This document shows positions 26,156 to 36,622 of a DNA stretch of 64,000 nt, one piece after another (within the stretch, counting starts at the first letter, position 1; each line of letters starts with the position of its first letter). A program made the position numbers and the translations under genes. The notes beneath the pieces were generated by a model, which worked only from the letters and a program-made list of their open reading frames with translations, had not been told where the DNA came from and searched no databases. The stretch is from Botryllus schlosseri (lineage: Eukaryota), in contig CM119374.1 in assembly GCA_051294905.1 (NCBI GenBank), positions 16,120,001-16,184,000 on the forward strand. The letters run 5' to 3'.

Positions 26156-27779
26156 GGAGTATGTAGTTTTACAAGTCTGCTATATTGGCTTTATTGTGAA
26201 CCTGGATTATGCATACGCCGTTCGTAGATTATGTAATCACTAGTGTACAAGTGTACATAAATAAACCTGACTTCAAAATGAACACATTTCCGGTTAAGTT
26301 TATACCGGGGCCTACGATATCGCATGAATGTCGTAGGACCAGTTTATACATCCTATAGTTCTAGTACATGCACTAATATTAATAAATAGATTTTATGGTA
26401 TAAATTACAAGGAACTTTTCGCAAAATCGCAAAATCGGACTTATGACTTTATTTGTTGCAGCATATACCTGACTATGTTTCATTGTTTCAGCTTATTTTG
26501 AATATGGAATACGCATACGACATATGTATAGGCACTGCACGCACGTAACAAGCTCAAAAGTAAACGCTTGTCCTACTCAATTCATAATTTCAGTTCAAGA
26601 AATACCATTCAAAATTAGGTTTTCTGTTCAAAATCCTAAGCAGCTTTTCGCGAGCCTCTGAGAATCACGTCGCAGAACGCATTTGGCCCGTGGGCCGCAG
26701 TAAGAAAGAAAAATGTAGCTTGCAAAGGTTCCCAACCCTGTAGCGAGCGTAAAGTGTCACATGGGTGCTCAACTGCAGCGCTCAAAATACAACTGGTTAG
26801 TGAGTGGATAGGCTATACCAATTGCCAATATGGCGGCTGACGTGTTATAACTATGTAGGATTGTAGGGTAATTTCAGACAGTGATCGCAGATTACTTCGT
26901 TGACTGCGAATCTGTTCCCTGCCTCATCAGTGTGAATTCTTATTTTCATTGCTTGTGACACTTTTTCAGGATAGCAAATATCAGATTTCTTCTTATGGAA
27001 GACATGACAGGCAACTCTATCCCTTTATCCGTTGCAGCGGTTCCTGACCCTTTTACTATGTTACCATGAAGTACGCCGGGGATCAGGAGTCCAATACAAT
27101 CTCAGACGATTCGAAACGTGTTTATCATATTTGATTTTATTCCTAGTATATTTAAACGAAACGATTGGGTTCCGAACTAAAGGTTTAGACCCCAGCTATG
27201 TCATATACCAAATGCTGTACATGTTATACATCTCAATCGCCATATAGTTCTCAAGCTAAACATCATGCATATGTAGAATAGAACTGCGGACTTGACAAAA
27301 TAAATATCAACGATAGCGTAGATAAAATAAAGAAGAACGCTTTCGCATCGTCGTTTTCGAAGTAATATCACGGAACGAGATTGTGGAATGTTAGATCAGT
27401 CAGCTTGTTCCTCGTCAAGTCATGGGTTAATTCTAGGACCAGTACGACCAAAGACTTGTTCTCGAAGCCGGCATCCGCAGTTTCTTTCCAAGGCGATCAA
27501 CATACCGCCATTGCTTGGAGTGAAAATAGTGAAGCTGATCGATATGCATTTGGTTTATTCGCATCTCCGTCGTCCAAGTGCATCAATCATGCGGACGACA
27601 TTATACCAGCATTCCCAACGGCTACGTCACGAATTAACGTGGGAAATCGTTTTTTTCCAAATGTTGCTGTCCTATTTTCGTAACGGTGATGAAGTCTTGA
27701 TCTAAGAAGATTGAACCTCCAATCGTGGAAGCTCGTTTTTACTTTGCGAACCAAGCGGGTGTACATGGACATTGTACAG

Positions 27780-28253
27780 TAGGGTTGTTTAAAAATAACC
27801 TTTTTCCCGGATTCCGGGGATTCACTGATTAAATTGCTAGGTTTGCCTAAAAAAGGCTGCACACCAAATTAGGCTCAAATTCCAACCAGCAGAAGCCGCG
27901 GCAGAGCTAATTGAATTCTTGAATGTTTTTCATCAATAATTCTGGGATTATACATTCAGCGCTATTTTTGCAAATCCAAAACTTTCTACTGCAATAACAT
28001 CGCTTCTGCTGGTTGGGATTGTGAAAAATAGTTTTTCGTCGTTATTTTAAGCAACATCACACTTTCATTGGGTTGACAGTAAATTTTGAACAAAAAAAAT
28101 ATTTTCATGAATCTCAAAATTTCAATTGGCTTTGCCGCGGTTACTACTGATTCGAATTGAATCAGATTTGTTGTGCAACGTTTTTTAGGGAACCTTACAA
28201 TTTAATCAGTGAATCCAGGAATCCGAAAAAAAAAGTAATTTTTACCAACTCTG
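27780..28253. mobile_element. MITE with ~150-bp imperfect TIRs
   Basis: The left arm (TAGGGTTG...GGATTCACTGATTAAATTG) matches the reverse complement of the right arm. Flanked by CATTGTACAG/CATTGTGCAG. Confidence 0.7.
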
Positions 28254-28685
28254 CATTGTGCAGCGATGTTCTGGCAGCAAATATTTTTTCTATATCGCAG
28301 TGGGTGGATATATACATTAGGATTAGGAAATTTATAGAAAATGACAAATATGGTTTTGAAAATCCCCCGGGAATCCGAATTCTTCAGTAATTCTCGTCTG
28401 CAGCAGGCGATCACCAAACGCACGACGACGAGCAAAGGAACAAACTGTTTCACTTATTGCGACCAACTGTACGATAGAATTATTCCGTGGTGTATTAATT
28501 CTTTTGTATTTTCCCTGGCTTAATTCAGAATGAGACTCAAAAGCAGTCAACACCGTCTTCGGGGATCAACAACCGCGCAACGACGAACAAACAAACAAAC
28601 AAAAAAATGATTTAATCAATTTTACGTTTTGTAGGATTGGAATATCATAGGTTTGAATATCTTTTTATGACACCCATTGCTACAT

Positions 28686-28877
28686 TCAGGCGTGGTTATA
28701 GCTGCAAACAACACCATATAATTTCGTGTCTGGTGATCTGTTTATCATCCCTTCGAACTGTTTTCCTTTCGTGTCCGTATACAGAGCTAGGTGGGTCGAG
28801 CTCTTTTCAGCCTTCGGATACTTCTCGTGTTGATACCATTTCAAATACATCTGCTCCGTCGCAATAGATTTTGTATT
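28686..28877 (-). CDS. CTLD gene I, terminal exon C1 (NTKSIATEQMYLKWY...GMINRSPDTKLYGVVCSYNHA*)
   Basis: Acceptor TATGATTCAG. Open frame conserved in paralog 49617-49808. Phase 0 matches exon B1. Terminal GVVC resembles a CTLD end. Confidence 0.8.
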   Translation of the reverse strand, partial: NTKSIATEQMYLKWYQHEKYPKAEKSSTHLALYTDTKGKQFEGMINRSPDTKLYGVVCSYNHA

Positions 28878-29439
28878 CTGAATCATATATTAGAGTTAGC
28901 GAATATCGACCTAAAAAGTCGTAATTATGAAGTCTGGTCTATTAACTGTTGTTTATACGTTGGCCTTTGACGAGGCTTCGCAAGGTGTAGGGGGCCACAA
29001 GCCATTTCCATGGAGGCCGTGAAAAGGACAATTAAAAGATTTCTCAAGTCTACTCGACTATAACAAAAGATATGAATTAACATTTATATAGCAATAAGCT
29101 ACTACTGGAGTTACATTCCCCCCTCAGCTGTTATTATCATTATCAGAGAAAACACAGGCTTCACCTTCTCGTTAACTGAATACATGGTAAATAAATAATG
29201 TACTGTCGTGTTTATTACGTGTTATATTTACATCATTTTATCATTCTAACTACCGATTACCTTTCTTAAATTATCCGGAGGGTTGAAATGACAAGGGGGC
29301 ATTGTTTTTTCGAAATATCAAGGATTTTTACTAAATAACAACGATTGTTAGATAATTGATTTTTCAGAGCAAAGACCGTAATACCACAATATCATCTATA
29401 ATACAACTGCACTGTCAAATCCGAAAAAAATGCTCTGTG

Positions 29440-29610
29440 CCCAGGATATTCATGCCCCTTAATGTTTAATCTCATACCCTTGGTGGGGAACCTTTTCTTT
29501 ACGTGGAACAGATGTCAGGGAGGAGCCTACATAAACCCCCAACACTTGGGAAGGAACCTATATGCGTTGCAGCATGTGGAAGGTAGCCTACCATTGCGCT
29601 GGATCGCCAA
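29440..29610 (-). mobile_element. Old SINE in intron of gene I; orthologous copy at 52400-52611 predates the duplication
   Basis: Shared position and sequence in both paralogs. B-box-like GGGTTCGAGTCC is visible in the 52.5 kb copy. Confidence 0.6.
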
Positions 29611-30577
29611 GCACGACTCAATGTCGCCGCAGCGCACTAGTGGTATAAATATTGTACGAGATGAGCAGGTAAGCCGAAATGAATAAAGATTTCATTCGTA
29701 TTAGTGATGGATTTATTTTCGGTATGAAAACATTTTGTGAGTAATGCGAAGTTTCAATACCAGTAGCTTCTGCAAAACTTGATTGTAAGCAGGAGTGACA
29801 AACGATAAAGTTATTTACATAAAATAATTCACCGCATTATTGTGTAGGATTGAAATATCGTGCACCAATAATCCTGCGCATTATTTTTTATTTTTTTTTA
29901 TTCACTATTATTTTTATGCCATGATTCATATAATAGTGAAATGGCTGGAAAGCCGAGTGGTGATTCAATAACAATGAGCCAAGTTGGGCGAGTACGTTTC
30001 GGATGCAGTTTCATATCTTGTATTCCTCACAACACTTACACATAGCGACAACGTCGCAACGTGGCTAACACAGTTGGAGCATAGAAACACACCAGCTTTT
30101 ATTAATATGACCATCCAGATAGAGCACTTGTTTTATTACTTTATATCAGTATTCAATCGGTCAATTATTGCATAATTATAAATTCACCCCATTATTGTTT
30201 ACGAATAAAAGTGTTGCTGGAATACAACCCGTGTAACCTGTAGCTTGATAACAAAGGATTCCATTGAAAAGAAAGATATGGATTTGAAGAAACAATTTGG
30301 CATCATTTGACTAGTTGGGTCTCCCGGCCAGCAAGATTTTCGAATCCGGCCCGCAACCGAAATGGAGTTTGACACCCCTAATTAGACCTTACTGGCACCC
30401 CGAAATGCCTTATTTATATACAATTATAGTGACATTTATACATACTTCGGACTTTTGATTTATCATGATTTTCGAATCCGGCCGGCTACCGACATTGAGT
30501 TTGACACTCCTAATTTGACCTAAGTGGCACCCCGAAATGTCATATTTATGTACAATTATAGTGATATTCATACATAC

Positions 30578-30828
30578 ATTGGCCATTGGATTTATGGTGC
30601 CGCTTATCCAGGCATTCGTATATATCACATCGGTCCCATGTCTCTTGCGGTGCGGCCGCAACATTCCCATGAGCAGATTATATTCCGCTATATTTTTGAC
30701 TTCTGCCACGGTTGAATTGTTCTCCTGGCATATACGATCTCCCGCATTGTACGTAATCATCAACTCGCCTGCCATCGATATCCAGAGGCATTCACTGGTG
30801 GAATCGTAACGGCACGCTTCGGGAACCT
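30578..30828 (-). CDS. CTLD gene I, exon B1 (EVPEACRYDSTSECLWIS...TYNAGDRICQENNSTVAEVKN...AWISGTINPMAN)
   Basis: Acceptor TTTTGCAG, donor GTATGT, 251 nt, phase 1/0. C-x7-C-x-W, helix-1 Cys and WIxG match the CTLD N-half. Paralog has the same length. Confidence 0.85.
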
Positions 30829-31214
30829 CTGCAAAATTTCAAATTCGATGACTCACACGCTCAGTCACACATGACGAAATGACCAAGTTCGTCCTAATAT
30901 ATAGACGCTGGGCCTGCTGCTATTACTAGTATAAATGCCCGATGTTGCGGTCAAAGTAACGCCCAATATATGGCATCCCCGCTGCTAACAAGAGATTTAT
31001 TATTGTTCGAAGTCTCAGTGGCAAATTGAGTCGAAAAGTTGTATATCGAAATGACGTCGGATTTCATAACTGGTATATCCTGAAAAAATAGTGTCAAATA
31101 ATGACAGCAATTGCACTTAATCTAAATCAATGTTTCAGGTCGCTTGTGATCCCGGATTTTGTTCAAATATTGATTAACTTTACTTTCCTCTTAATTTTAA
31201 AAGTACGTCTATAG

Positions 31215-32072
31215 CATGGGCAGGCAACATACGGCCCACGATGGGATTTTGTCCGGCCCGCGGACAGTTTTCCGTCTTGCATGATAATGTGACCCGCGTC
31301 CCCAGTCTGCCGAGACTCCCCACTACTTGCTTACTACCTCAAATTTTAGTGACTTTATGTTATTATATACGTGTATGAGCAGCGTTGCGAGAAAGGAGCT
31401 TACGTGGAAGTTCGTCGAAGCGAGAAGACTTGCATTATCGGCATTTCGATGCACTCAACCCTAATGTCGTTTGTGGTATTCATGATTTTTGTCGACCACA
31501 ATGGTCATATTTACACCAGGCTGATATTTCTTATTTTTGATTCCGTAACCGACGACTTGTAGCACGGCACACTTCTAGGCTTTTTGCACCGCATATGCCA
31601 GGGGTAGCCAACTCAAAACGGGTCGCAGGCCACCTTTCAAATCTCGTAGAGGACCCGGGCCGCATGACTTCAATATCGAGATTAATTTGGCCACACAGTT
31701 GAAGAACGACGCTATCCCGTCACCTGCTCAACCCTAATGAATTGATATCTTGGTAAATTAGGGTTACCGGGCTTATCGAACGCCTTGAAATCTTAATTAG
31801 GGATTGCAGCGTGTGTTAATTGATCAGATAGAAGCAGACATGGCGGCGCATGTATGAAAATGTTATTCTCAAATACACATTGTCTTCGCCATCAGGTGCG
31901 AGAATTGGCTTTGAAGTGACATTGCCATCGTTAAAATACATTCATTGAATACGATTTATTCCTGGTATATGTGGATAAATGTGCGAATAATGTATCGATT
32001 CAGCAATCCGGACTGCCAAGTACTCAATTTTCCTAAATCCGGCCCGCCGACTGGAGAAGTTGCCCGCCCCTT
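31215..32072. mobile_element. hAT-type MITE in intron of gene I, containing a 5'-truncated SINE-A insertion (~31468-31739)
   Basis: Exact TSD GTCTATAG. The insert is flanked by direct repeat CTCAACCCTAATG, which is single-copy in the homologous MITE at 55082-56523. Confidence 0.8.
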
Positions 32073-32815
32073 GTCTATAGAATAATATTGCTTAGCCATG
32101 CTTACATTTACAAATACTAGCAAACGTCAGAAGCAATATTGTATTGCATATAGTTTTAAATGCTAAGATAAATATGCTACATTAGAGAACTATAAGACTG
32201 TGAACTTAAAACTATATATGCCAAAAAATGATGCAAATCTGACAGTAACACATAATAAGAACAATGATGTTGTGTCCACGCCGGTAGTTGTTGGGATTTT
32301 GATACGACTGCATGCACGGTTATCGCGTTAAACGGCCTAAAGATGGCGGTGTTATGGTACCAATTGGGACTGAAGTATAAGGTAGGGAAGTCAAATTAAG
32401 TGCAAATTACAAATACATACATATTCAGAACTGCTACCAAATTATGGAAGCAATCATTATAGCTATACAATATTCAGTTCACGGGTACTCGAGTTGTTCC
32501 CTTCCCATCACGTGATAATATTTTAATAATAATACATCGATCAATTTCTGATGCAAGTATGGATCGACACCGACAATGTTATCCTTCTCGGGAGACTGGT
32601 GTAAAGGGTCGGGGTCGCACGCAAACCCGGTAGATCTACTTTGCGTATATAGGCATAACCGAGGGTGTAATAGTCAATTTCACGCTCCCCCTCCCCTAAA
32701 TATTGGTTTAACTCGGGCATGACATTGTGACGCTCTACTTTTTACAAAATAACAAGACATTCGTCATTGTCCACTGAGCGCTAGTGCAGGACGGACATGA
32801 CAAGTCAATATTTAC

Positions 32816-32905
32816 CTTTTCTAGTCGGAATATTTGTGGCATCAATGGATATAACGTTTTCCATACTTTTCATAGATGATGCAAACTTTTCGAAACCAAT
32901 TGGAC
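32816..32905 (-). CDS. CTLD gene I, stalk exon A1 (GPIGFEKFASSMKSMENVISIDATNIPTRK)
   Basis: Acceptor CTTCCAG, donor GTAAAT, 90 nt, phase 1/1. In frame with B1. Homologous to A2 and A3. Confidence 0.75.
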
Positions 32906-34019
32906 CTGGAAGTTATCAGTATTCAGAAAATTACGCCCCGGGTTCGCTTTTATCAATATCATGAGACTGACCCAAAGATATATGATATATAACACCACGG
33001 AGGTGAATTGCAGATTGACATAAAATAAACACATGCACACCACGACGCCCACAAATTACAAGTCGTTATCAATGCGTGGTATGGTGATAAACTGTCTATA
33101 AAAACACAAAGCAGTGGAAGATCATATAGAAAAACATTTGTTTTCTCCTAAATTCAACCCGTTCATCCGTTTGGTTTATATTGTACTTTCATCCAGATAT
33201 TGTGTTTCGTTACAATTTAGTTTGGTTTCAATCATTATTATATTATTTGTAATACAACGGTGATTATATGGTACATGACGAGTTACATTGCTAATGTGAA
33301 TTATGTGAAATGATGATTAACACTAGGTAGCCTGATTACCGAGGTTGTAGCCTGCGAACTATAAATGTGACGTCATTAATATAAAATCCCAGCCATAGCA
33401 AGGCTTTGTAGAGTTGTATACCATAGGAGCACACTGACCGACAGGCACTGGGCGGCATACCTGTGATACAAACCGACACAAAGCGAGGACTGGCGGCATT
33501 TCTAATGTATAAAGTATGCAAAATGATAAAACAAGGAATTGCTGAAACTTGAGCAACACAGAACAAACCTGATAAACGTGTAAATTGAAGTCGATGCGTT
33601 TCAAATCGCGTTGGCCAATCGCTGGAGTGACAGAATATGCTACTCGGGCATTTAGGATACGATCGTACAATGCTATTTATGTCGACTGGTCGTAATTTGA
33701 TGTAGCAACTATAGGCTAGATATGGATGTGTGGTTTCGGGAAGTCGAGCGCTATATTTGCTCTAATATAAGTTGCTGATATCTATTGAATCACTTGACGT
33801 TTACAGTCGCGACTGCTTTGGCTATAGGAGATGAATGTTTTTCATCGTGTTTATTCATTGACATGAACTCTGCAGTCTGCATGGACAATTCACTACTAAG
33901 TGTATGGGAGATATTCATACACTTGGGGGCGCCAAAAGCTCGTCCTAGTGATCCATTGTTTACATTGGATACCGAAAGAAACGTTGTCTTGATACGTTGT
34001 CTTTTGACATCCCTAGTGT

Positions 34020-34330
34020 AGCTGGTTGGAAGTCAATTGCCCCTACACGGTAAAGGATGACCTAATAACACCTGGAAAGTATTTTCCATATTTCACGATT
34101 GCTTCAGATGGCTATTATCTGAAGAAAAATCACAGATGGTATGCCCAAGTACAAGGCCAAATGGCTTGCGCTTGTATGAAACTATATGTTGTTTTATGTA
34201 TACATTTCGTAATGTGCACATGGAAAATATAGAGTTTGACCCATAATTTGTTCCTAAATTTATGATTCTGAAGCTGCAAAAGTTCTACGAAATGTATTGG
34301 CGTCCTTTTTTGGTGGTCAAGATTGCGACA
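34020..34330 (+). pseudogene. YqaJ/lambda-exonuclease-like gene fragment of the ISL2EU element
   Basis: EVNCPY...YLKKNHRWYAQVQGQMAC matches the EIKCPY...H.YY.QVQGQM motif. 5' part missing. Confidence 0.85.
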
Positions 34331-34739
34331 TCGCAAGACGAAAAACTGAAAACTGCTGCATGCAATGTAGCATTGATACAATTTTTTTGAGCAAAACCGT
34401 TCCTGCCGTTGTGGTGATTAATGATATTATCAAATTCCATGGATCTTTCTGTTGATTACGTAGTCTACCTATATATTGGGAGTTTTTATGTATCTCGTTT
34501 AGTAAATGAAAACAAAACTTGCGTCTAGTTAGTGATATGTTTTCTGTTCAGTCATCAAATCCAGTAGTGATATTCCGGTTTATTATGGCGGCATCTAATA
34601 TTGAAGTGGGATTAAGAAAATCCATTCAACACTAAGAGTAATCAATCATTATCACTAACCAAATCTGCTTCAGCAAACACAAAATAATAAAAGCATCAAA
34701 TGCTGTTATGTAGGACTATATCAAAGTATGTCTTTCCTA

Positions 34740-35997
34740 AATTTAAAAAGCGTAAAGCAGATAAAGACTATTTCATTTTTCAAATGCAAGAGTTTGTAAG
34801 GCAAGACATTTTGAATGTCTTTGCATAACCAATAACCCTTTCAACGTGTACATGTTTTGAAGAGATAATGTAATCCTCTACCCGCTGTTCCTGAGAGAGC
34901 CGAGTCATGCCTTTCATCAAAGTAGGGGTGTTGATTTTCACATCGAATGGTGCAAACAAACCTTGCAGTAGGTATCCTTCATCAGCCATGATGCTGTCGC
35001 CCTTTTCAAACATTACTCTGGCTTCAGCCAGCAAATCAGATTGCTCAATAATGCTGCTGCAGTCACTAACGGATCCACTATAGCAGTCACTTATGAAGGA
35101 GACAGCACCCGTGGGTGCAATGCCAACTACTACTTCCATAGTATTTCCATTCTTTCAAGTGGAGAATGTAACGGACTGTGCAGTGTGCATGGATATCAGA
35201 TGGCTTCTCAATTGGGATTTCTGTAGAGTCAATAATTATCTCGTTAAAGGATATAGTTTTTTAAATCATCTGGCATGGGATCCAATATTACTTGTTTTGA
35301 AGGCGAAATTAGTAATTTTGATAAGCAGTACATATGCTTGATCCAAGCAAGCATTAATGATGCGGGAAGCTGTTGATTCTGAAACAGTACCAAGCAGTTG
35401 ATGATCCAGAGCTTGATCAGTGTCAGAAAAACTTGCTCTTCATTTGAACACAACGTACAGGTGTACTCCAATAGATGAACATCGTACATTGCAATGTCCT
35501 TTAAAAGCAGAAACTGTTTGATGTCATCAAATCCAGTGAAGTACTGCACTGCTTTCTTATCATCCTTGATATTTTCTCAACTGAAAGCTGGCATTGAAGC
35601 TCCTAGTTGGCACTGAATGCCCATATTTTCCGAGTCTGTTTGAAATTTCTGGTCACTATGTGTTACGGAATGAATTATTTCAGTAGGTTCTGGTATACAG
35701 GGGTTCGAATTGTTTGTCTTCCTGACAGTTTTTAGTGGCGTTCTTTTATCATGCTGGAAGACTGATGGGACTGCCTCCTGTCTTTCAAGTTTCATGTTCG
35801 GCTCATATAATCACTTGAAAGAAAATGACCATAGCAAGCAATATGTCTCTGCCCAATGTCTCTGTCCAAAGCTGTTTCGTTTTGGAGTCTGATCTCCTAA
35901 TTGCTACTCTCCATTTCATCAGCTTCCCTGGTGGCGTAGGAATCAAATTACCACCAATCCGACTCGTGCAACCAGGTACACAGCAATATCGTGGCAT
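34740..35997 (-). pseudogene. Frameshifted THAP-domain plus DDE_Tnp_4 transposase
   Basis: MPRYCCVPGC...KW.AIRR, CYGHF in a shifted frame, AVPSVF, YFTGF, EEQVFLTLIKL, GIAPTGAVSFISDCYSGSVSD, GDSIMADEGY, HVERVIG. Confidence 0.92.
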
Positions 35998-36310
35998 TTT
36001 ATAATTTAGATATATGAAAATACAGACTATTAAAATGAAATATACATGTCACTCAGCTAATATTAAAACGCCACTCTCTGGAAATGAAATACCGATACAC
36101 GAAGTAACCTGGCAATTCATAAATTGCACTAAACTCAATCATCAGTCGTAAATATGTTTAAACGCCGTACATATAGAAGATTAATCCTGTTACCCAAATC
36201 CAACAGGCAGTGGCCGACCTGGTTTCTAGGGAATAAAGCTATAAGTTTTGTTTGCTTACTACGGACTAGGACGAGGTGTTGGCGCCCCTAGTGGTTTGTG
36301 AATGTCTCCC

Positions 36311-36367
36311 ATTCTGAGTGAGTGAGTCGAGGTTTAGGAATATAAAACACACGAGCATGCTGGCGTA
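36311..36367 (-). CDS. Putative signal-peptide exon of gene I, 5' part; the 3' part continues at 33903 beyond the ISL2EU insertion
   Basis: Acceptor CATTTACAG. Reads YASMLVCFIFLNLDSLTQN. The frame stays open after in-silico excision of the element. Confidence 0.45.
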
Positions 36368-36612
36368 CTGTAAATGAAGGTAGAAGTAAAAAGAAAGTAA
36401 AATCAACCAAACAAAAGAATAGTACTGCACATATACTATTTGTCGTTTACGGATTCATCAAACGTATGTAAAACGTAATATGCAACATACATATAAGGAT
36501 TTACACTTTCATGCGTTGCGGACAAGGATGCAAATGCAGTCATCCACGTGTGCTTCAACGAATGCTGCTGATACTGCAAATAATGTCTCAAATTAAGAAG
36601 CTATTTACTCAC

Positions 36613-36622
36613 CATCGAAGCT
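36613..36622 (-). CDS. Putative 10-nt microexon ending in ATG (paralog 61751-61760)
   Basis: CTTTGCAG|AGCTTCGATG|GTGAGTA is identical in both duplicated copies while the flanks have diverged. Confidence 0.45.

Larger units (their letters stand above)
33906..36310. mobile_element. ISL2EU-type (PIF/Harbinger-ISL2EU group) DNA transposon relic
   Basis: TIR GGGAGA(T/C)ATTCA...GGGGCGCC, AT TSD, and convergent YqaJ and THAP-DDE_Tnp_4 genes. Empty site in copy II at ~61020. Confidence 0.88.

Noticed and set aside
27380-27760. Possible LINE reverse-transcriptase fragment (GDANKPNAYRSASLFS resembling NYRPISLLS)
   Set aside because: Single weak motif with no other RT motifs nearby.
33330-33620. Additional upstream exons of gene I (VCSVLLKF...FVSQ and a 19-nt FAGYNL microexon) that would link phases to exon A1
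   Set aside because: Phase-compatible, but the paralog has a stop and an insertion here and several frames are equally plausible. Not supportable without cDNA.
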